From assembly GCA_051294905.1 (NCBI GenBank), contig CM119372.1:3226001-3290000 (forward strand): a DNA stretch of 64,000 nt, given 5' to 3'. Positions 11,031 through 22,508 of this stretch are shown one piece after another. Position 1 is the first letter of the stretch; each line of letters starts with the position of its first letter. Source of the DNA: Botryllus schlosseri (Eukaryota). The notes below the pieces were generated by a model that made no database searches, was not told where the DNA came from, and saw nothing but the letters and a program-made list of their open reading frames with translations. The position numbers and the translations under genes are program-made.

Positions 11031-13619
11031 TCTAGATGAAGAAAAAACTGATCATGATCAGGTGCGGATGGCAAAAGTCTATGGAGACTCTAGGCTAGGC
11101 GATTAGTCTGTGGATCTGTATCAATTCTTTCTCGTTTAACCCTGTATTTGAAGAATAGTTCTCATACAAATAATCAACCTGAACATCTCAATCTTACTGA
11201 CCTAAAACCATGGTATTTACCGTATACAGCAAAGTTGTTAGGCTTTGTTCAACGTCACCTGAACGTCGTACCAAATACTGACGGCAATGACAATCGCTGT
11301 GCGGTGTATTAGCATTACTCACTATCACATATGAAGATCTTATCTCACGTCCATAGTAAACAATTATGAGCTTTACCGAAAATAACACCCTGTTATCTGA
11401 CTGCAGTTAATTCGCCAGGTTTCCGCATCGAATGTTTTCACAAGTACGATAATAACACAACCACAATGGGCACCGTTCCGCTTCTTGGTAAAGGTACAAA
11501 TCTAGAACGAGAAATTGGGTGAATATTCAACTCGGGGCGTCATCTTGCTTAAAGGATGTGCGAAAATTCTTGATCATATTAAAGGTATCGGATTCCGCAG
11601 GCCTGAGCTCGTGGATTTCCTGAAGCTTCACTTGAACAACAGGAAATTAGGCGAACTTCGTTAACCAGAGATAATTTTGCAGCCTACGAATCATGGCGTT
11701 GCATTTGTACCTGATATCTAGTGTCAGATTTAGTACCTCACCTTATTTTGTACTTGTTATCTTATTGATAATGTTTAGAACTGGCTAGCCAATCATCCGC
11801 AATGGATGACACGTATCCCTTACCGTGACAGTGGCACACTTGCACATGCACATGCACACTTGCACAGTGCACACGTTACGCTGCAGAAATCAGGCTGAGT
11901 CTGCTAAGCGAGTTTCTCTAACCTGCCGCCTCATGCAATTCTTTTTCCCGCAATCAACGGCTTGTACGCGGTCGGTAATAATGTAAGGATGCTGGCTCAG
12001 CCGGAAAACCGTTTCAGCTTACTTCCTTAATTGATACCGAGTATGACACTCTCGCGTGTCAAGTTAAACTATTCGACCAATAACTTGTTGCACCTGAGTA
12101 GACGAAAGCGGCCGGCGTGCAGCGCGTTGACTGCGTCTGCATAACTACATATAAAACTAACCGACCGGCAGACTTGGTCAACGAAATATTTCTAGTTGTT
12201 TCATTACACTAATTGGGGCGAAATACCGCTTATAATCTAATTCTAATTCCAATCTGATATGTAAATATTTTTCATGCTCTAATTTTAATTCTGATCGAAT
12301 TTCTGGTCTTCCCGAAAATGCTGCAGGAGAAATGTATAGTGCGAAACGAGACAAGCTTGCTGTACAGACATTTGCAATCCTCAAACTTATGAGAATGAGC
12401 TCTGATTTGTATATGGAGAACTAACTTGATAAAATTTACAAATTTTCGCGAATTCTGTAATTGTAATTCTTATCTAATTTGGATTAAGTTGTGTATTTAT
12501 ATTATTATTTATATTACCTGACCGCTGCGCCCGAAAATGCGATCGAACGATTATGCTGGGAGGAATTATTGAACGCGCGGAATATAGTTGTGTTTACACT
12601 AAGCAGTGAAAACTGATCATGCCTTTACAACGCAAATGTTCGAAACAGGACATTGCTTAGAACATGATTTTTTTTTAACAATAACGACCTATATTTGAAA
12701 AAATAACATATAAAATCGCAATATTTGGTTCATATGTGTGTGCAGCGCTATGCACGACATGGCTTGATTAAAAGTTGTGCTTTACTCTTATTCAATAAAT
12801 GATTTGTTGTGAGAAATCACTGAGGGCGTCCGTGCACTGCAGGCTGAAGTGCATTATGCGACTGTCGCACTTTGCCTTCAATGTTACCCATAAACAATTC
12901 CTTATCTGACGTCACGATTGGGGTTGCATTTAAAAAAAGTATCAATTTAAGACAAAAATGTTTATGGCTCTTGCTTAAAACATTTTTTTAAATTTTTCTT
13001 CCAAGCCACGACGTCACGAATCTTTAATTGTGTCTTAATTGTGTCTTCACAGAGGAATGACGTTGGAAATCGAAAATATAGGGTAGATATGTCTCGCCTT
13101 TGTCGAAAAAGATCTTCGATCCCTAGCCAAAACGGACCAAAATTATCTTTGACCGCAGGTATATTCATCGTTATGCAGCATTTTCAAGCTCCGCGGTTAT
13201 CACCAGAACATCCATAACTACGTGCTATAACTGTTACACCGACACGATGTCGACGATAACTACCATTCAATTCCGTATAGGTTGACGATATCGGGTCCAA
13301 ATCGTCCGAAGGCTCATACCACATGTTTTTTCGAAAGTAATCACACGATTATGGCAGGGGGTACATTTCATATTCTTCAAGACGAATGTTCATGTTCACG
13401 CACGTCGCCGTGGGAGGGGATAAAAGTGGCTTGCCTTTCCGCAGAAAGTACCAGCGTAATCATCGGCATAACGATGCAAGTGCTCGGATCCGATTCGTGT
13501 ATTAATGGATATGATTTGAGACGAGTGGAGATAGTTGATTTTTTTTCTTCTGTCGCTCCACCGTGATTCCGGTACCAGAACAAGTTATAAAAAATTTAAG
13601 CAACGAGCTTTAGTTGGCG

Positions 13620-13795
13620 GGACTACTTCGTAATAATCGTTACATTATATTTCCATCCGCTCAAGTCACACACGATGTACAATGCGATACACAAGATACA
13701 ATGCGATGCAATAAACAGATTTCATGATGTCGAAACCTGTTACGGTCATTTAATCTGGCATCCACCTCGGCCTAGTGCCGGATGTCATTAGTTCG
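13620..13795 (-). mobile_element. LINE/SINE 3' tail fragment
   Basis: Minus-strand CTAGGCCGAGGTGGATG...GTTTCGAC matches the tails at 28180, 29000 and 56130; the distal part resembles 62410-62480. Confidence 0.45.
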
Positions 13796-13816
13796 GCTGT
13801 ATTTCTCTGTTTGTAG

Positions 13817-14863
13817 ATAGCCAACCTACGTTGTGTAGGTGTTCGTGGAATTGCAAAAAAACTTTTCAGTTCCTACCTGAGAAATCGATCCCAATTTGTT
13901 GAAATCAATTCAATCAAGTCATTGGAACTACCAGTAACTACAGGTGTTCCACAAGGCTCTGTGTTGGGGCCACTATTATTCATCATATTTATAAATGATA
14001 TTGTCTACTCCTCCCCAGGAAATATCACACTCTTTGCAGATGATACTAGTATTGTCACATCTGGATTTGACTATGCATCTGCCATTGACAATACTAACTC
14101 TGAACTAGCCTCTGTTAGCAATTGGGTGTCTTCGAATAAATTACATATCAATCCCCTCAAAACCAAAATACTAGTATTTGACACTAAAGGATCTCTCAAC
14201 AATGCGATCGCAGAATTCAAACTAAAGGACTCTTTGATTAAAACCAGTCAATCTGTCAAGTATCTAGGTATTATTATCGATGATAATCTAGTATGGGACC
14301 ATCACATCAACTACATAGCAAGCAAAATATCTCGTGGCATTGGTGCACTCTATCGCCTGAAGAAGCTGGTTCCAATATCACTTCTCCTACCTGTTTATCA
14401 TGCGCTCGTCCACTGCCATCTTACATATGGAATAACAGTGTGGGGCTGCTCTTACAAGAAGCATATCAACAAGCTCCAGGTATTACAAAACAAAGCCATT
14501 AGGATTATATCTAATATACCTGCACGTAGCAGGGTCAGTCCTGAATTTAGAAAATTGGGCATTCTCAAGGTCTCGGATTTGTATGAATTTGAAATTGTAA
14601 AAATCATGAAACAATATAATGAAAGAACATTACCTGAATATTTCGACAACTTTTTTCAATGCCCCAATTCAATTCACCATTATAACACTAGATTCTCACA
14701 GAATCAGTCCCTATTTGTTAAATTGAATTCATCAAGACTGTCAAGAAATTCCCTATCTTATATAGGTGTGAAATTTTGGAACAATGTACCAGCTTTGTAC
14801 CGTACTCTTCCTTATCATACATTTAAAGCTCGCTATTGCAAATTTATATTATCCAAGTACTAA
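13817..14863 (+). CDS. Reverse transcriptase C-terminal half of a 5'-truncated CR1-group (L2/Crack-like) LINE ORF2
   Basis: Uninterrupted frame with GVPQGSVLGPLLFIIFINDI, LFADDT, KYLGIIID and LQNKAIR motifs. Confidence 0.92.
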   Translation: MANLRCVGVRGIAKKLFSSYLRNRSQFVEINSIKSLELPVTTGVPQGSVLGPLLFIIFINDIVYSSPGNITLFADDTSIVTSGFDYASAIDNTNSELASVSNWVSSNKLHINPLKTKILVFDTKGSLNNAIAEFKLKDSLIKTSQSVKYLGIIIDDNLVWDHHINYIASKISRGIGALYRLKKLVPISLLLPVYHALVHCHLTYGITVWGCSYKKHINKLQVLQNKAIRIISNIPARSRVSPEFRKLGILKVSDLYEFEIVKIMKQYNERTLPEYFDNFFQCPNSIHHYNTRFSQNQSLFVKLNSSRLSRNSLSYIGVKFWNNVPALYRTLPYHTFKARYCKFILSKY

Positions 14864-15260
14864 GAAGAACATATCTCATGACCACAGTAATGTTGTTTGT
14901 TGTTTTGGTTCATTTAATATGCTACAATAATATTACCACTGTGTACATGGGTCAAATTGTTATTTTCTGATCACACTGTTAACTATGGTAACCGTCCTTC
15001 ACTAGTGTTGCTGTCTTTTATTTACTTCTGTTTATTTCGTTACTCTTTGCGGTGCTACTTGACTGAGAGAAAAAATTGATCCATATTATAATTAATACTG
15101 CCAATATGCTTGGGTGACTCCGGCCTAGAAGACTTCGGTCATATCGGGTCTCCCAGTCTATACCGTGCAAATTATAGTGAGGAAAAAATTTAAAAATGTA
15201 TACTATTGGACGTGAATGTTTGTGGACATTGCCTTTACTATATTTCATGGTTGACGAATA

Positions 15261-15294
<34 letters not shown>
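13817..15294 (+). mobile_element. 5'-truncated CR1/L2-group non-LTR retrotransposon with (CT)n tail
   Basis: RT ORF, ~400-bp 3' UTR, AATAAA, then (CT)n at 15267-15294. Confidence 0.88.
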
Positions 15295-15296
<2 letters not shown>

Positions 15297-15838
15297 TGTC
15301 TAATCTTGCTCTTTCCATTCGCTTCTTTGAGTGCCTCCCTCGATCGTTACTTCATTATTTTTTGGGCTTTTTGTCGCAATAAGAAGCACGTAGACTTGGA
15401 TCCGCGAGACTGGACAGTGGCTAATGATCATGCGATGTGCATGGTGTCTGTGATGTGCTTGGCAGGGTGGCAATTCTGGCCCGTCCGGAAGCGGGTAATG
15501 TAGCCTACTTACAAATCATTGCTTCGACACGCCATCTTCCGGCTGCGTGTACTAGATGATGCTTGTCATAGCTCATAATTCGTTTTGTGGTTGAAAAAGG
15601 GGTGCAAAAAGACGAAATCTTGAAATGTTTAGTATAATTTCTCTTTTTGATTAGAGACTGGAGTAATAAGGGTTGCTTTTGCCTTATTGCGGAAAGGCTT
15701 GCTCGCTTAGCTCGTCAGAATCATATAATTCAGAGTCCGGACGAAACGAAATTGCTGCCAGATCTTTCGTCCGAATCAATTTTCAAATCCTATTTCAGTT
15801 CAACCAGAGTGTCCTATGGGGTGGGCACAAGAAAATGC

Positions 15839-17919
15839 CAGGGTTGTAACCAAGTCACATGGTTCCGAGTCACGAGTCAATCTTACTTTTGTGGTTTTGA
15901 CTCGAGTCAAGTCGAGTCATTTTCAATTCAACGCCGAGTCGAGTCCGAGTCCAAGTCACCGTTTATCGGGTCAAGTCCGAGTCATAGTGTTATGACTCGA
16001 GTCCGAGTCCAAGTCACACTATTGAAGCCATGTTCATCCAATGTTTTCAATCCTGCTTGGGTGATATCGAATTCCTTGCTTGCCTAACATGCTTATTTTG
16101 TCCCTACCAGAGTCTTGACACATGTTTATTTAGGTAGATTACGGACAGTTCCTGGCCTCATTTACCGATGCTACAGATAGACGAGACAGGCCGCCAATAT
16201 GATAACTTTACTAATCTTAGAACTTAGAATCAAATATCTGTCCTGTCAGTCTGATACATCACAAATACAAGCATTCAGTTTTTATTACGACCATCATCGA
16301 CGACAGCTCACAACTAGCTGATTGAGAACCAACGAATTCAAGTCTACATACTAGCTGATAGAGAACCTACGAATTCACGTCGACTAATAGGGTGATGGAG
16401 AATCAACAGATGCATTTTTATGTTTATGTGAGGGTATTTTCGCCAGGCCAGCATGCTGTAAAAGCATGCATGTGCACTTGTGCAGTGACAAAAACAGATA
16501 CCTTTTGATCTTACTAAAGGTTTTCCAAATTGCATTACAGACTACATCGCAGTTGCAGCATTGGAGAAATAATTCGGGCTGTTAAAAAACATTTTTCCTA
16601 TTTTCCGGCTACTTCTTAGAATTGTTAGATTGCCTGAAAAAACTTAAATTTGGCTCAATTCCGACGGGTAGAAAGCAATGCTCTGGGAGAAAAATTTGGA
16701 ATAATTACGAATAGAGATTTTCGAATTTTACTGGCTACCTCATGACATTGTTAGATTGTGTAAAAATATAATTCATAGCAAATTTGGCTCAATTCCAACA
16801 AGAAGAAGATAGGTTATCAGAATAGGATATTTTGGATATGAAAAAATAGTCGGCTTACCACTAGTATGTACTTATATTATATGAAAGAATTTCTCACTAA
16901 AAATACTCCATGAATTTTCAAATCCAAAATTTTCTCTTCTCATATCATTGATTCTACTTTTTAAAATTTAACCAGATTCAGTGTTCTTTTAATACAACAT
17001 ATCAATTTTATCAAGTAGCCATCAAGTAAAATAAAAAAGAAGTTATTCTTGAACAGCCCTAATTACTGTACAAACATCACACAACATTAGCCATTCACGT
17101 GCTCATTATTACTCACGTGCATAATGCACATAGGCCTACCTAATAAAACGTCAGATGGACGCAGGGTATTGTGTGTTTTCACAGACGGCAGATCAAATAA
17201 ATGATGAATTACACTTCAAAAATACCAAAGTAGAGAGGAGATCCTCAGATATATTGAAGCGGCGTGGCCTTAGAATAAATCCACATTTACTGAATACACT
17301 TTCCACTGCATGGTGCACTATAGATGCAGGAATTGACAAGCATTTTTGAACCTCACTGAAGAGCGTTGGATACTCATTCTTTCTAGTCGACAAAAAATGC
17401 AACATAATCATCGCCTTCAAATCTACACATGAGCTTATCAGTCTCTTCCAAGTAGGCTACTTGACGATCTGAGTCATTGCATTGGCTCTAATTGAACTTT
17501 GCTTGTATAATTAAAAAGTCTTGAGTACGGTACTTTGATTGCGGAGGATTTATTACCTCTTCATCACTGGATGATTTTGTACAATGCATTGCTACTATGT
17601 ACCATTGTCTGTTGTTTTTACGGCCGCCTATCTGATATCAGACCAGTGCAACAAAAGCTGTGGTGACAAATAGCGATGTCGGCAGAATTCGTCAGATGCG
17701 TTGATCTAGCCGTTACGATTCGCAAATTTCTTCGTCTTCGAGTAATATAAAATAAACCAAGACAGTGACTAGGGTCAAGTCATGCGTAATGACTCGAGTA
17801 CAAGTCGAGTCAATCCAAATATTGACTCGAGTCGACTCGAGTCATTTTCCCATTTCAAGAAAATGACTCGTGTCAAGTCGAGTCACAAAAAAATCGTGAC
17901 TCGAGTCATTACAACCCTG
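15839..17919 (-). mobile_element. Internally deleted hAT transposon (GACTCGAGTC-rich subtermini) with dimerization-domain remnant
   Basis: TIRs CAGGGTTGTAA...TTACAACCCTG. ORF 17193-17420 reads YPTL...CLSIPAS...VESVFSKCGFILRPRR...LVFLKCN. Approximate TSD AGAAAAT(G)C. Confidence 0.85.
16576..17059. mobile_element. MITE nested in the hAT element
   Basis: TIRs GGGCTGTTAAA ... TTGAACAGCCC with TAATT-like flanks. Confidence 0.5.
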
Positions 17920-17975
17920 AGAAAATCTCACTGCTCACAGCGATTCGTTTATGTCACACTTTCCATTTGGCAAAA

Positions 17976-18428
17976 GGCAATTTTACGGTAATTTTTGACC
18001 GACTTTGCCGAGCGCGAAAATTGATAAAATTGGTATCAATCGAAGCTACCGCGGTACTGATTGGGACAATATAAATTTTATTCTGCTAGTGTTCCCGGAA
18101 CCCTCAAAATCTGCCTCGAATGTTGCATTGTCGTCTGAGTGCAGCTGCGGAGCAGCGGAAACCGTAGCGTATTGGTCATTGTTGCGCAGGCGATTTTGAG
18201 CATTCACGCTGTCACTCTCGTGAGGACTTGCTTCTCAGCTGCGCTGTAATATTTCAGACGGCATCGTTGCGTTGCAATACCGAACTCCGTTACAATATAA
18301 CATTCTAGGCTGATTTTTGGACGTACCAGGACCACAAGCAGAATAAAATTTATATTTTCGCAGTCAGTAGGCCTACCGTGGTAGCTTTCGACTATCAATT
18401 TTTGCGCTCGGCTACCGTAAAATGGCTC
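17976..18428. mobile_element. Foldback-type MITE with long imperfect inverted repeats
   Basis: TTTTACGGTA..GCCGAGCGC..AATATAAATTTTATTCTGCT is mirrored by AGCAGAATAAAATTTATATT..GCGCTCGGC.TACCGTAAAA. Confidence 0.7.
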
Positions 18429-19290
18429 TTGACCAAATGGAAGTTTGACGTTGACCAGTGTCTCCCAAACTTTTTTGAGCCACCGCCCCCATGGACATCG
18501 AATAAAGTGCCAGCGCCGCCCGCCCCCCTCACCACGCCTAAATCATAAAGCGAAAGTTGTTCTGCATTTATTACAGCTAATAATGAGATGGATGAAGCTG
18601 CTGGTCTATTATCATCATCATCAATCACTGTCATATTGGGTTTGAGATTTGATAGGAACAATCTCATTCTAAAATCTCCAGTCTGCACATCCCGTACTGT
18701 CAGGTCGGATTTTGCTGTGATTCAGAAACTTTGTCACGGCACTGAATACACGTTTTATCAAATATGAGCGGGGAAAGGTAACGACGAAAAAGTCAACCCG
18801 ACTGCAGTGAGAGTATTTCTATCTTCTATTTTACTTCTTGAGATTTTGTCCTCTTTCATAAGAATTGTGGTTAAATTATAGAGATTGTAGTTTAATATAG
18901 GGCAAAAGATACAGTACATCAGCACTGAAGTAACGCTCCGGCGGCTATTTCGGGAGCTGAACCGGAAGTTGACCATTTTTTAAAGTCAACCCGCTGATAA
19001 CGTGCGTATTTCGGGGGCTGAGCGAGAAAGTCGACTTTTCTTTAGTCAACCGATCACTAAGTGGATAAAATTTACCATTTTTTCAAGATTTTCCTCCGGT
19101 ATTTTAAGTTTGAAAATTTTGAAAAAGTGTCCTCCTATCCCGATTCCAAAATATGGTAACCTTAAGTCTACCCCTTTCAATTCATACCTCAAACGCATAT
19201 TATTATAGGGTGATTCAGTTAAAATGCATTATACTACATAAACAGAGGATGCAGGATGCAGCAGTGCCGGGCACTGGAAAAGATTGAATA

Positions 19291-19806
19291 TAGGCTTACC
19301 ATATTTTGGAAATCAAAAAAGAGGACACTTTTTCAGAAATTTGCAACTTGCAAAACCGGAGTAAAATTCTCAAAAACCGGTTAGATTTTCCCACTTTGTG
19401 ATCGGTTGACTAAAAAAAAAAGGTCATCACTTCTGCTCAGAACTCAAAATATCGTTCTTAACTCCACATTGCCAGGTGGATGACTGAAAAAAAAGGTCAT
19501 CTTTTTGCTCAGAGCTAAAATCACCGTTTTTCACTCCGATATACCCGCCAGAGCTTCACTTCTGTGCTAATATGCGGCATATCACTCGCAATTTGCTCGA
19601 AATCTGCCTAAATTTTCAAAAAAGAGGACAAAATCACAAAAAAGTCAATAAAGAGGACAAATCCTCTAAATCTGCTCTAAATCTGCCTAAATTTTCAAAA
19701 AAGAGGACAAAATCTCAAAAAAGAGGACAAAAGGGCGTCCTCCGAGGACACTTTCAAAAAAGTCAAAAAAGAGGACAAATCCTCAAGAGGACGTATGGTA
19801 AGCCTA
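19291..19806 (+). mobile_element. hAT MITE (TAGGCTTACCA TIR, GAGGACA repeats) just upstream of CHMP5
   Basis: TIRs TAGGCTTACCATA...TATGGTAAGCCTA; an inverted copy lies at 57431-57804. Confidence 0.85.
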
Positions 19807-19819
19807 CTTATGAACGATC

Positions 19820-19875
19820 ACGGGATTGGCATATGACTTTGCGTCATCAAAATCACGTGATGTCACGCGTCAATG
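19820..19875 (+). promoter_or_regulatory. Candidate CHMP5 proximal promoter motifs
   Basis: Reverse CCAAT (ATTGG), TTGCGTCAT and palindromic E-box ATCACGTGAT cluster ~350 bp upstream of the ATG. Confidence 0.3.
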
Positions 19876-20205
19876 ACCATCTGTCACAACTATTTATTGT
19901 TTTTGATCTGGAATCGGCTTTTATTCTTGTTCGCGATTTTATTCAGTATTGTCCTACACGGAAGCAGATAAGGTGGAAGTCAAGAAGATCTACTAGTAAA
20001 AGCTGGACGCTCTAGCATTGCGGTATTGCTATTTACTGAGCTTTGCTCGGTGCTACCGTTGGCTTCTTCAACATATCTGATCGGTACCACAGTTTTCCAT
20101 TGAAATTAAACGAATGTTCTTTTATAGAATTACTACCGGTATACTACTACAGTGGGTACTTTTAAATTTCGTATACTCTTGATAATTCCGGAATATTAAT
20201 AAGGA

Positions 20206-20274
20206 ATGGATCGACTATTCGGGAGATCGAAGCCAAAGCAGCCGGCTCCAAATCTGACCGACTGTATTTCAAAT
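20206..20274 (+). CDS. CHMP5: Charged multivesicular body protein 5 (Vps60), coding exon 1
   Basis: MDRLFGRSKPKQPAPNLTDCISN followed by a gtgagt donor. Confidence 0.95.
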
Positions 20275-20557
20275 GTGAGTAAGCTATAATTGTTAACCTC
20301 ACTAGGCTACTAGATGTGAAATAATATATTATGGACTGTGGTCATGTTGGGATATTGTATTAGATTAGGCCTACATCCTGAATGTTTTCACTAGGTGGGT
20401 ATTGGGAGGGTTTATGGTTTACATAGTCATCCTCATCCATCACCCCCATAACGCAATTGATTAGAGAAAATGTATCAATCCTCCAGTTGAGACAATAATG
20501 TTCATGCAATGTCCAATATATTATGCTAGTATTATAACATGCTTCCGTTTCTGATAG

Positions 20558-20709
20558 GTTGACGGCCGGGGAGAATCCATTGACAAGAAAATTGCAAAGT
20601 TGGACGCCGAGCTTGTAAAAATCAAAAATCAGATGAGAAAAATGAGAAATGGGCCGTCGAAGAATATGATGAAACAGAAGGCTCTCAAAATTTTGAAGCA
20701 GAAGAAAAT
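20558..20709 (+). CDS. CHMP5: CHMP5 coding exon 2
   Basis: tag|[21 protein letters not shown]...[13 protein letters not shown]|gtatga, phase 0 to 2. Confidence 0.95.
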
Positions 20710-21220
20710 GTATGATTTAAAACTATATTTATATTTGTTTGACAGTTCACCTTGTATGTCATCATTGTTGATTGTAAAGTGTGTACAACACATTGCAATT
20801 AGTTTGAATATTGGTAATCCATGTGGAGTGCTGATAGTACGATGGTAACCTTGATCGCCTTACATATCTGTACAATCTGACCGTAGTGAGTCGATCACAA
20901 TATGACCATTTCTCAGCTGGGCAAAATCTATTACCGGTAGGTCTTGTTTGACTGATTCAATTCCAAGTTGAGTAGGCCTACTGGTTGTGTGTCAATTAGA
21001 TGTACGGTACATAATTGCAGATAGTTTTTTATAGATGCCTAGGCCATCAAAAATATGATCTTGGATGCATCATCCTATATATTATAGCATACACGGTAAC
21101 GATTTGAATTTACTTGTTCTGATCATGAATTGAAAATCGCTACCACGTGCACTTGAATAGAACAGCATCATTCACAAGTTTTACCAAGATAAACAACCAC
21201 CTCCGACTGTGTATTTCCAG

Positions 21221-21386
21221 GTATGAAGGGCAACGAGACAATTTGATGCAGCAATCTTTTAACATGGAACAAGTCAACTTTACCGTCAACAATTTGAAAG
21301 ACACGCAGACCACAGTTACGGCGATGAAAACAGGCTTGAAGGAAATGAAGAAAGAGTACAAAAAAGTTAACATTGATAAAATTGAG
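21221..21386 (+). CDS. CHMP5: CHMP5 coding exon 3
   Basis: cag|[17 protein letters not shown]...KKVNIDKIE|gtgatg; Snf7 domain. Confidence 0.95.
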
Positions 21387-21619
21387 GTGATGTATCATTC
21401 CAATGTTCTTGCATATATCATGATTTTGTGGTGATTATGTTCGGTTGTGGTCAGTAACAAATTATCGTACTTCTACTGTTTCGGAGAACTTAGTAGTTTT
21501 TGCCTACTTACACTACATACTGTAGTCAAGTGGCTATATTTTTAGACTACCATATATACTTCCATTTCCACTTCTGTTTCGTCAGAAAAAATACATACTC
21601 TCTACACTTTATGGTTTTT

Positions 21620-22130
21620 GAAGAGCTTCTTGGAGATACAGAACTTCAATATACAATTGAATGTACAAAAGTACAATGTAGCTTGTAAATGAAAGAGCTT
21701 CTTTGAGGTACAGAACGTCAATATTCATATTGAAATGAACCCAAATATTTTTGACTGACACACGTCTGGGGAATCGTCAGCAAGTAGTAGAGAATTGGAA
21801 ATAGTTGTAGGCTATATCAACGATCGTCATATTTTACGGATGTTATCAAGCTCTTAACTCAGTTTGTTACCTGAACAATGAACATAATACCAACGCTCTA
21901 CGTACGAGAGGGTGCCTATGAGGTTGATTTTTCTGCGTGTAGGACTAAATGAACTCCGACATAGGTATTGATTGACCTGTGAATGTGAGTTTCCTTAAGA
22001 TGGATGTTTCACATATTTTGTGATACGGTTGTTGATATACAATGTTCATTCCAATCCTCTACTGGTTGCCGACGATTACCCCTGACGAGTGTCAGCCGGA
22101 AATATTCGGGTTCATTTCACTAAGAATGTA
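21620..22130 (+). mobile_element. Penelope-like 3' remnant with inverted pLTR, in CHMP5 intron 3
   Basis: 21730-21825 is the inverse of 22020-22120. The spacer shows a decayed RE...MNSDIGID GIY-YIG-type C-terminus. Confidence 0.55.
22078..22111 (+). ncRNA. Minimal type I hammerhead ribozyme-like motif
   Basis: ACCC-CTGACGA-GTGTCAGCC-GGAA-ATAT-TC-GGGT: stem I ACCC/GGGT, intact CUGANGA, palindromic ATAT loop. Confidence 0.55.
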
Positions 22131-22508
22131 AGCCTACTATTCAATTTATCTAGAAAGTAGTTTGTCAAAAAATTTACATCCATTTTGTGAGTGAAATTGT
22201 CATATAAATAGCCACTGTATCACAGTAACTAGATATCTTTTGATTTTGTTCCTATTTGTAGTCAAAGTCATTATGCGTAGGCCTTGAAAACAATCTTGCA
22301 CTCTTTTTGAAGTAGCCACCCCACTCATTTACTGCTAAAAGCATGCATGGGATCTCTTGATTAAATCTAATTTTGGAAACTGCGTACTTGAGTACTTTCA
22401 ACTTTCAAGGTACCTTAATTTCTACTTTCACTAAGAAGTATTTTTGTCATGTCGTGGAAACGGCTACCGGTACTTCCACTTGTAATTGAGTAAAAATTTA
22501 CTGCGGTA

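Noticed and set aside
12962..13583. Coding-like minus-strand fragments (YADDY, MWYEP, IEDLF) faintly like a beta-1,3-glycosyltransferase
   Set aside because: The motifs fall in different frames with many stops; too weak to call without a search.
15647..16087. 146-aa ORF and GACTCGAGTC arrays that look superficially CRISPR-like
   Set aside because: These are hAT subterminal repeats with no regular repeat-spacer period, in eukaryotic DNA.
19572..20015. 147-aa Lys/Arg-rich ORF
   Set aside because: It is a translation of GAGGACA subterminal repeats of a MITE.
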